NCBI GenBank assembly: GCA_040901985.1 | Contig: JBBDYC010000017.1 | Span: 64,001 to 128,000 of the forward strand | Length of the DNA stretch: 64,000 nt | Reading direction: 5' to 3' | DNA from: Gemmatimonadaceae bacterium | Lineage (GTDB): Bacteria; Gemmatimonadota; Gemmatimonadetes; Gemmatimonadales; Gemmatimonadaceae | Part shown: positions 30,755-38,447 of the stretch, piece by piece | Layout of the letters: each line of letters opens with the position of its first letter | Numbering within the stretch: the first letter of the stretch is position 1 | Program-made: the position numbers and the translations under genes | Notes under the pieces: model-generated | Told to the model about the DNA's origin: nothing | The model's database searches: none | What the model saw: only the letters and a program-made list of their open reading frames with translations

Positions 30755-30982
30755 GTGAGACGCGTACTCCTGCGGTTGACGTGCATCACCATCCTTGGAA
30801 TTGGCGCGCAGTTTGCGAGCCCCGGAACTGCCCTCGCAGATCCGGCAAGCTGCCCGGAGGATCCTTCCACACTGTGCAGCCCTCCGCCGAATTACGGAAC
30901 CTGTAGCGCAACCTGCACGACAACGTCAACCGGTATCGTCTACGAGTGCGTCTATCGTCCGTTCGAGTGCATGGACGAGTAG
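30755..30982 (+). CDS. Small secreted six-cysteine peptide
   Basis: GGAGG before GTG; signal peptide ending ALA; 47-aa mature part with 6 Cys; 3' hairpin. Confidence 0.78.
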   Translation: MRRVLLRLTCITILGIGAQFASPGTALADPASCPEDPSTLCSPPPNYGTCSATCTTTSTGIVYECVYRPFECMDE

Positions 30983-30992
30983 GACCTCGCGT

Positions 30993-31031
30993 GGTCTGCC
31001 CGGTCAAGCACGAGTCTTGACCGGGCACACC
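30993..31031 (+). terminator. Strong stem-loop after the peptide gene (no U-tract; stabiliser or partial terminator)
   Basis: TGCCCGGTCAAG-7nt-CTTGACCGGGCA, a perfect 12-bp stem. Confidence 0.6.
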
Positions 31032-31114
31032 GCTTGACTCCGAACAATCCTCTAGGCTACCGCGCGTAGCCGCTCTCGGCGACGAGCTCCTCCGCGTTTC
31101 TACCACTCATTACT

Positions 31115-31768
31115 TTGACTTCGAAACTCTCAGACTTCGTGCTGGTCGTGTGCGCGCTGGTGATGGTTGCGCTGGTCGCGCGAAATCAATCCAGGGGTGG
31201 CACTGCTTCTGAATCCGAGACACCAACCGACAGCGTAGTTTCTGATGCCGACTACTATCGCGATCTGAGTCGCAGGTCCGGTAGCGAGGATGTCCAAGCT
31301 GAGATCGTGGTGTTTACGGACTACCAGTGCCCGTTCTGCAAGAGGCTCTGGCATGCGCTCGATTCCTTGCGTGCCGAGTCACCCGACGCCGTTGCGTTGA
31401 CGGTGCGACACTTCCCGCTCGCTGGCATTCATCCTCAAGCGCGGGCGGCAAGCGCCTTCGTCGAGTGCGCACGCCGAGAGAACAAGTTTCGAGAGGCTGA
31501 CTCGATTCTCTTTGCCTGGCCGGACTCTGTCGAACGCGGCGCTTGGACATCGATCGCATCGCTAATTGGAATGGAGTCTCCGGCTTCCGTCAACAAATGC
31601 ATGGCGTCGAACGGGATTACGGAGTTGATCGACGCGGACATCGCCGCGGCACGGCGTCTCGGTGCGACAGGTACGCCGATGATGCTTGTCAACACTGTTC
31701 GGGTGCGCGGTGCGAGGTCGGTTGAGCAGATCCGACGCATCATTGCAGAGTCCCACGGATCCGACTAG
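31115..31768 (+). CDS. DsbA-family thiol-disulfide oxidoreductase, membrane anchored
   Basis: FTDYQCPFC, RHFPL and GTP cis-Pro loop; N-terminal TM. Confidence 0.92.
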   Translation: MTSKLSDFVLVVCALVMVALVARNQSRGGTASESETPTDSVVSDADYYRDLSRRSGSEDVQAEIVVFTDYQCPFCKRLWHALDSLRAESPDAVALTVRHFPLAGIHPQARAASAFVECARRENKFREADSILFAWPDSVERGAWTSIASLIGMESPASVNKCMASNGITELIDADIAAARRLGATGTPMMLVNTVRVRGARSVEQIRRIIAESHGSD

Positions 31769-31769
31769 C

Positions 31770-32972
31770 ATGCTCACACGCTCGATCGGAATGCTGGGCT
31801 TAGGAGACTCCTCGTGGCCTGCCGCCTTTGTGACCACTCACACCGCTTTCAGGCTGAACCCCGTATTCGCGGCCGCGCTACTGATACTCGTTCCTGCATC
31901 AGTCGCAGCTCAGGTGCGAGAGCTGAAGCTCCCTCCGCCAAGCGACTCCTTGTCGCACGGGTTCACCAGAATCACTGCCGTCCGCGAGCTAGCGGACGGA
32001 CGGGTTCTCGTGCTCGATGCACGCGATCGCGCACTCTTCCTTGCGGATCTTTCGGCTGACGCGGTGCAAACCGTCGGCCGCACGGGAAGCGGTCCGGCTG
32101 AGTACAGGAGGCCGTTGCGCCTTGTGCCGCTGGCTGGTGACAGCACGCTGCTCGTCGATGAGGGAAATCAGCGGTGGCTGATGCTCGCGGGCCCTCACAT
32201 CGCGGTCACAGTTCCTCCGAGCGATTCTGTTCTCGCTCTCACTGGACTCAGAGTATTCGCCGTCGGTCACCCCGACCAGTTTCTTGGCGTTGTCCTAGTC
32301 GACCGTGAACGGCTGACCGGCGATCGCCAGCGCAACAGGCTGGCTGTCGTGCGGGTTCAGAGGCGCGCCTTGTCAGTTGACACCGTCGCGGCGCTCAAAG
32401 GTGTGGAGGTACACGTGCGTACAGAGGGCACTGCTCAGGCTCGTGGCATTCACGTGCTCGAGGTAATGTACTCGGTCGCTGAGCAGGCGCTGCTGTTCGC
32501 TGACGGATGGATCGCCCTGGCGCGGCAGAATCCCTATCGCGTCGACTGGCTGACCCCGGACGGAGGATTGTTGCGAGGCCCGAACCTCCCGTGGTCCAGT
32601 CCTACGATTGGCGCAAGCGAAATCGAGTGGTTCAGAAAACGGATGGAGCGTCGCCTTGGTCGCCCTATCCCGGCGCCACTTGAGGGTCTGGCGTTCGCCA
32701 CAGTTGTTCCTCCGTTTCGAGAGAACGGTTTGAATGCGCTTCCCAGCGGTCACTTGCTCATCGCTCGTTCGGAGTGGTCCGGATTACGCGGGACCGAGTA
32801 TGACGTCGTTAATCGTCGAGGGCGGCTCGTCGCGCGGATGAGCTTGCCGAGTAACGTGCGAATCGTCGACGTCGGCGCACAACACGTTTTCAGTGTTGCC
32901 GTCGACGATGACGGTATCGAGACGCTTCGACGGCACCGCTGGCATTGGAGTGCCACCGGCAACGAAATGTGA
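31770..32972 (+). CDS. 6-bladed beta-propeller-type secreted protein
   Basis: VRELADGRVLVLDARD, VGRTGSGPAEY, YDVVNRRG and VDDDG; start uncertain. Confidence 0.8.
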   Translation: MLTRSIGMLGLGDSSWPAAFVTTHTAFRLNPVFAAALLILVPASVAAQVRELKLPPPSDSLSHGFTRITAVRELADGRVLVLDARDRALFLADLSADAVQTVGRTGSGPAEYRRPLRLVPLAGDSTLLVDEGNQRWLMLAGPHIAVTVPPSDSVLALTGLRVFAVGHPDQFLGVVLVDRERLTGDRQRNRLAVVRVQRRALSVDTVAALKGVEVHVRTEGTAQARGIHVLEVMYSVAEQALLFADGWIALARQNPYRVDWLTPDGGLLRGPNLPWSSPTIGASEIEWFRKRMERRLGRPIPAPLEGLAFATVVPPFRENGLNALPSGHLLIARSEWSGLRGTEYDVVNRRGRLVARMSLPSNVRIVDVGAQHVFSVAVDDDGIETLRRHRWHWSATGNEM

Positions 32973-33217
32973 GAAGAATTGGCTGCTGGAATAGTCGCTT
33001 GCAGGGCTATTCCTCGGCGATTTGCGGTCGTTGGGCTCTTCAGCGGGTAGAGCCCGAGGTGCTTAGAACGGCCACGCGCATTCGCGTGCGCCTGCGTGGG
33101 ATGCGGGGAAGGTGAGCCCCATGGCGGCCCTCAGTATCGGGGTGACGCGCGAGCTTGGTTGCTCGCGCCAGGTTACCCTGGAACGCATCCTGGCCGGCCT
33201 CGCTCGTCCGCTGCCTA

Positions 33218-34082
33218 GAACCTATCTCGTAAACGAGTAATGCCCGGGTGAGGTCATTCGTCTATGGAGGACGCGCGTGGTGCGTGTCCCCTTCGGAGTT
33301 GACGAATGGACCGCACCGATGCCCAGTGGTGCCGCCTCGAACCACTCGTCCCGCGACCGCGGGTGCGCCCCGATGGGAAGGGCCGGCCGTGGCGCGATCC
33401 GCGCGATGTGCTGCATGGCGTGCTGTGGGTGATGCGCACCGGCGCACCGTGGCACGACCTCCCGGATCGCTACCCGCCCTATAAAACGTGGCATCGGCGG
33501 TTCCAGCTCTGGGCGCGGAATGGCACGCTGTACCGGGTGCTCGCCCTGCTGGCGCGGGAACTCGCCGCGGCGGGTGGCTACGATTTCACCGAGGCCTTCA
33601 TCGATGCGACCTTCGCGGGCGCGAAAAAAGGGGCGGCGCCGTCGGACTCACCCGCAAAGGCAAAGGCACCAAGATCATGGCAATCACAGACGGTGCTGGT
33701 CTTCCTCTCGCCGTTACTGTCGCAAGTGCGAATCCCGGGGACATCTCCCTCGTCGAGGACACGCTGAAGGCGCGCTTTCTCCGGCCGCTGCCGAAGCGAA
33801 TTATCGGCGACCGCGGCTACGACAGTGACGCCGTGGATGCCCGGATGGCCAAGCGCGGGATAGCGTTCCTCGCGCCGCACCGCTCCACCCGGAGATACAT
33901 GACCCAGGACGGCCGGCAACTCCGGCGCTACTGCCGCCGCTGGAAGATCGAGCGCTTCTTCGCGTCGTTGCAGTACTTCCGCCGCCTGGTGACCCGCTAC
34001 GAATGCCATGCGGAGAACTTCCTCGCGTTCGTGCAGTTGGCTTGCATCATTATCCTCTCCCGGCAGTTTACGAGATAGGTTC
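33218..34082 (+). mobile_element. IS5-family element (IS427-like)
   Basis: Perfect inverted ends GAACCTATCTCGTAAAC; TA duplication within a CTAG site. Confidence 0.93.
33306..34078 (+). CDS. IS5 transposase, two ORFs joined by a probable -1 frameshift at AAAAAAG (33624-33630)
   Basis: RTGAPWHDLP, FIDAT, GDRGYDS and RWKIERFF...RRLVTRYE. Confidence 0.9.
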
Positions 34083-34320
34083 TAGGGCGAAACACACCGT
34101 CACATGCTGGGGGCAGTCAGCCGGCAAGAGCGACTCTGGACTAGACTCGCAGAAGCTGAGATTCTCGGCGCGGCGGTATCGGCCTAGGGGGCGCGCGCGG
34201 ACCGGAATGCGGCGTCAGAACTGATGTCGCCGCAAATTTCCGGGTGACGATGGATAAGCAGCGATGTCATTGGCCGAGCCACTTCGCCGCGAAGTCCGTA
34301 TAACTCCCATCTTAGTCTGA

Positions 34321-35562
34321 CTATCCCCGCAACGCCTGCTCCGGCACCGCGTGCCGCTGCAGGTACACGAGATCGTCCTCGTCGAGCGTCGTCGTGTAGA
34401 TCGTGCCGTTCCCGAATCCGACCAGCGTGAGTCCCTCGCCCAACCGCACCTGATGCGTCACGACACCCTGTCGGTTGATCACGTCGTAGAGCGTCCCCTT
34501 CGCGCCGGCGGGCTCCGTCCGCCGCACCCAGAGCTCGCCATTCGGGCGCGCCCAGACGCTCGCCATGCCGGGACGGAAGGGTGGCTTGACGTCCGGCCAG
34601 TCGGTGAGTGGCGGAGGAGGAGGCGCGTTCGCGCCGGGGCCCACGGACGCCGAGCGCCGCGTCCCGCCCGGTCCGGCATCCATCGACACCGTCATCTGAT
34701 TCGCCCTTGCGCGTAGCCGAAGCGCCTCCTCCTCCCGCTTGTCGGCGTCGGTGATCCGGATGGGCGTGTAGCGGATCGGCCCCGACGACTGGCGCGTGCC
34801 GTTCGGCTGGATCCAGTCCACTCGATAGCCGTCCGCGCGCACCACCGCCACGCGTCCGTCGGGGAAGACCGCCCACTCGTCGCGCGGCGTCAGCGGATTG
34901 GAACCGCCGATCATCATCCGCATGTTCCCCTGCCCGCCACTCACCTCCACGTTTTGTTTCTGAAGCTTCACCCAGGTGAGCGTGTCCGTCCGCTTGGTGA
35001 CGCGGTCCCAGCGAATCAACGCCGACGAGTCGGCCGACTGCGGCCGCCCGTCCGGACCCATAGAGAATCCCGGCGTCTCGGCGTACAACCGGCCGTCGCC
35101 ATCGCTGCCGCGCGCGAAGATCATCCCGCGCATCCGAACCCCGCCGCCACTGCTCGACTCCTCTTCGACCCGGAAGGTCGTCACCGGCTTTCCGTCTGGC
35201 CCGATCACCAGGTAACGTGTATTCAGCGGGTCGAACAGGAAGGTCGTGTCGTTTGCCGCCGGGAAGAGCCGCATCGGCATCCCGAACTCGCCTGGACCGC
35301 TCCCCTCGCGACCGATCGCCGTGGCGCTTCCGGTCCGGAAGTCAATCAACTGCACGACCTTGTCGCGTGCGTCTGCGACGATCAGGCGACCGTCCCGAAG
35401 CTCCCGGATGGTCCCCGGGGCGATGGAGCTGAACGGCTCCTCGAACGTGGCGTCGGGAGCTGGCAACGAGCGCGCAGGCTGCACCGGCGGCTGGGCAACC
35501 AGCGGCGCCGCCGCGGCGCAGAGCGCGACGGCGAGCGGGACAAGGCGTGGTGACGGGAGCAT
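34321..35562 (-). CDS. 6-bladed beta-propeller-type secreted protein
   Basis: Signal peptide, IRELRDGRLIVADARD, IGREGSGPGEF, YDVINRQG and LDEDDL. Confidence 0.83.
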   Translation of the reverse strand: MLPSPRLVPLAVALCAAAAPLVAQPPVQPARSLPAPDATFEEPFSSIAPGTIRELRDGRLIVADARDKVVQLIDFRTGSATAIGREGSGPGEFGMPMRLFPAANDTTFLFDPLNTRYLVIGPDGKPVTTFRVEEESSSGGGVRMRGMIFARGSDGDGRLYAETPGFSMGPDGRPQSADSSALIRWDRVTKRTDTLTWVKLQKQNVEVSGGQGNMRMMIGGSNPLTPRDEWAVFPDGRVAVVRADGYRVDWIQPNGTRQSSGPIRYTPIRITDADKREEEALRLRARANQMTVSMDAGPGGTRRSASVGPGANAPPPPPLTDWPDVKPPFRPGMASVWARPNGELWVRRTEPAGAKGTLYDVINRQGVVTHQVRLGEGLTLVGFGNGTIYTTTLDEDDLVYLQRHAVPEQALRG

Positions 35563-35599
35563 CGGGAAACTCAGCGATGAGGTTGGAGACGCCGCAGCG

Positions 35600-35652
35600 C
35601 ACCGGCGGCCGGCAGATGACTCGATGGGTGAGTCACCGGCCGGCCGCCAGTG
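35600..35652. repeat. Intergenic imperfect palindrome
   Basis: GGCGGCCGGC/GCCGGCCGCC outer stem and TGACTC/GAGTCA inner stem. Confidence 0.6.
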
Positions 35653-35676
35653 GTTGCCTCCGGACCCGCAGTTGCC

Positions 35677-37044
35677 CTACCGGCGGTCCTTGTGCGTCTC
35701 GTAAAGGACGGTGTGACGCGTGTCGAGCGGCACCAGCCGCCCGTCAATGAACAGGTGCTTCACCAACGTCCGCGCCTCCAGCAGGTCGCCGTCCGTCACC
35801 ACCACATTCGCCACCTTCCCTGCCTCAAGCGTGCCGAACCGGTCGGCCAGCCCGAAGATCTGGGCTGGCCAGAGCGTCACGCTGCGCAGTGCGTCGTCGC
35901 GACTCAGGCCGAACGCCGCCGCCATCCCGGCCATCGAAGGCAGGTCGCGGACCTGCGCCCCGTTGTTCCCCGTCGAGATCGCGAACCGTACGCCGGCCGC
36001 GGCGAGCTGCCCAGGCATACTGAAATAGACGTCGTACGGATCGTCCTCACGCGGCGGCATCTGGCGCAGCCGCGTGAAGATCACCGGCACGTCCTTCTCC
36101 TTGAGGAGATCGGCCACGGTGAGCGCGTCACGCCCGCCGAGGATGATTGCCTTGAGTCCCTCCGTCCCGGCAAACTCCACCGCCGTGCGGATGTCCGCCG
36201 CCAGGTCGGCCTCGAAGATCACCGGGAGCTCGCCCTTCACGTACGGGACCAGCGCGGCCAGTCTCACGTCCGGCGTAGGCCGCGGGAGCGCCCGATCGCG
36301 CGAGGCGGCGTTCATCGCCTGGTCGTACGCCTTGGCGTCGGCGAGCATCGCGCGCAGCGAATCAAGCTGCGCCTCGCGCTGGCGCTGCGCGGCCGCCGCA
36401 TTGGGGCCGCCCCCGCCGCCGCCGAACTGCGCGGCGAACCCGAACCCACCCCCGCCGGCACGCGGCAGCGACACGATCAGCGCCGCCTTCTGGCGGATCG
36501 TCATCGCTGCCGGCGTCCACCCGGCGAGGTTGGCCAGCGTCCCCTGCCCCGCAATCACGCCGCTCGACGGCCGCGAGAGCACGTGCGTCACGCCCACCAC
36601 CCGCGTCACCCCAACGTGCGAGTTGTGCGGGTTCATCGCGTAATAGGCGATGGCGTTCGGGTTGAAGCTTCCGACCTCAGTATTGTCCATCGTCGGCGTC
36701 GCACCTTGCGTGATCTCGGCAAGCCCCATCTGGGTCGCGGCGTCCATCATCCCGGGATAGACCGAGAGCCCGGTGCCGTCAATCACGTGTGCATCAGGCG
36801 GCACGGCCACGTTCGCCCCGACGGCGGCAATCCGACCGCCGCTGATCACCAACGTGCCGCCGGCAATCTCGGGGCCGGAGACCGGCACGATCCGCGCATT
36901 GCGGATCGCGAACGTCCCCTGCGCACCGGGCAGTGGGTTCGGCGAGCCAAGCTGCGCCGCGGCGTCAGCGGGCGGGAGGATCGCGGCGCCGGACAGGCCA
37001 AGCGCGGCGATGATCGAGTGAAGAAACTTGGGTTGGCGCGACAT
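35677..37044 (-). CDS. Secreted amidohydrolase-family protein lacking the HxH motif
   Basis: VYPGMMDAATQMG and GTLEAGKVANVVV. Confidence 0.85.
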   Translation of the reverse strand: MSRQPKFLHSIIAALGLSGAAILPPADAAAQLGSPNPLPGAQGTFAIRNARIVPVSGPEIAGGTLVISGGRIAAVGANVAVPPDAHVIDGTGLSVYPGMMDAATQMGLAEITQGATPTMDNTEVGSFNPNAIAYYAMNPHNSHVGVTRVVGVTHVLSRPSSGVIAGQGTLANLAGWTPAAMTIRQKAALIVSLPRAGGGGFGFAAQFGGGGGGPNAAAAQRQREAQLDSLRAMLADAKAYDQAMNAASRDRALPRPTPDVRLAALVPYVKGELPVIFEADLAADIRTAVEFAGTEGLKAIILGGRDALTVADLLKEKDVPVIFTRLRQMPPREDDPYDVYFSMPGQLAAAGVRFAISTGNNGAQVRDLPSMAGMAAAFGLSRDDALRSVTLWPAQIFGLADRFGTLEAGKVANVVVTDGDLLEARTLVKHLFIDGRLVPLDTRHTVLYETHKDRR

Positions 37045-38447
37045 CAGCGGTTCCCTCCAATGGATGCGCCCGGACGGCCGCCAGGTCCGCCGCGTGGTGC
37101 CGGCGCCTGGTTCGGTTCGGCACGTTCGAGCTCGGCACGCTCGGTGGCCATCGCAGCGCGGGCCGCCGCATCCTGCGCCCGGTCGAAGTACGTCTCGCCA
37201 TCAATGATTGTCCGCTCGACGCGGCTGTAGACGCTGAACGGATGCCCGTTCCAGATCCCGATGTCGGCATCCTTCCCGACCTCGATGGACCCGGTGCGCG
37301 CCTCGAGTCCGACCTGCCACGCGCCGTTGATCGTGATCGTCGCCAGCGCTTCGTCCTCGGTCAGGCCGCCGTACCGCATCATCTTCGCGGCATCAATGTT
37401 GAGTCGCCGGATCCGCTCGTCCGAGTCAGAGTTGATCGTCGAGACCACGCCGTTCCGCACCGTGATCGCCACGTTGTGGGGAATCGCGTCGAACGCCTCG
37501 ATCTTGTACGACCAGCTGTCGGCAAAGGTGGACATCCCCGCCCCGGCCTCACGGATCTCCGGAGCGATCTTGTACGCCTCCAGCGCGTGCTGCAGCGTCC
37601 GCACCTTGAACCCGAACTCGGCGGCGAGCTCCAGCAGCATCAACGTCTCGTCGGCGCGGTAGGTGTGGGCGTGGATGAAGCGGCGCCCATCGAGAATCTC
37701 GACCAGCGGCTCGAGCTCGAGGTCTCGACGCGGCGCGATCGCGGCCGGGGCGTTCCGTCCGGACGGCTGCGCGCGGTACGCATCCCACTCCGCCTTGTAC
37801 GCACGGGCGCGCGTGAAGGCGTCGCGGATGATTTCCTCCTGTCCCATCCGGCTCGTCGGGTAGCGCGGTGGCGGCGCACCGGGGAAGTTCGCCCGGTTCT
37901 TCCGCGTCACGTTCTCGCCCAGCGCGAACTTGATCCCCGGCGGCGCGTTCGGCACCAGCATTTCCGCCGTCGAGCGCCCGACTTTCAGCTTCACCGTCGC
38001 GCTCTGGCCGCCGATCGTGTTGGCCGATCCGTGCAGGAGATTCACCATCGTCACGCCACCGGCGACCGCCCGATAGATGTTCGGCGCCGTCGGGTTGAGC
38101 ACGTCGTGCACCCGCGTCATTGACGTCACCGAGAGCGAGCCCTCGTTGATGCCATCCATCATCATGTGCGAGTGCGGGTCAATGATCCCGGGCATCACGT
38201 ACTTGCCCGTCGCATCATAGACCTCGACGCCCGCCGGAGCCGAGAGGTTCTGGCCAATCCGGGCGATCTTCCCGTTCTCGACCAACACGTCGGTGTTCTG
38301 CAGCGTGCCGCGGGTGACGGTGAGCACCGTGCCGTTGCGGATCAGGATCGAGGCGCGGCGGGCCCCCTGCGCCGCCAGCATGGACGCGGCCGCGGCGACC
38401 AGGAGCGCCGCGCCAAGCGCCCGCGTGGTGTGCGAATGAATGGACAT
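37044..38447 (-). CDS. Secreted metal-dependent amidohydrolase
   Basis: MPGIIDPHSH, KFALGEN, HAHTYR, INSD and GSIEVGKDAD. Confidence 0.92.
   Translation of the reverse strand: MSIHSHTTRALGAALLVAAAASMLAAQGARRASILIRNGTVLTVTRGTLQNTDVLVENGKIARIGQNLSAPAGVEVYDATGKYVMPGIIDPHSHMMMDGINEGSLSVTSMTRVHDVLNPTAPNIYRAVAGGVTMVNLLHGSANTIGGQSATVKLKVGRSTAEMLVPNAPPGIKFALGENVTRKNRANFPGAPPPRYPTSRMGQEEIIRDAFTRARAYKAEWDAYRAQPSGRNAPAAIAPRRDLELEPLVEILDGRRFIHAHTYRADETLMLLELAAEFGFKVRTLQHALEAYKIAPEIREAGAGMSTFADSWSYKIEAFDAIPHNVAITVRNGVVSTINSDSDERIRRLNIDAAKMMRYGGLTEDEALATITINGAWQVGLEARTGSIEVGKDADIGIWNGHPFSVYSRVERTIIDGETYFDRAQDAAARAAMATERAELERAEPNQAPAPRGGPGGRPGASIGGNR

Noticed and set aside
30755..30982. Peptide as a lanthipeptide or ranthipeptide precursor
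   Set aside because: It has a Sec-type signal peptide and adjacent DsbA, and there is no LanM/LanBC or radical SAM gene in the window; disulfides fit better
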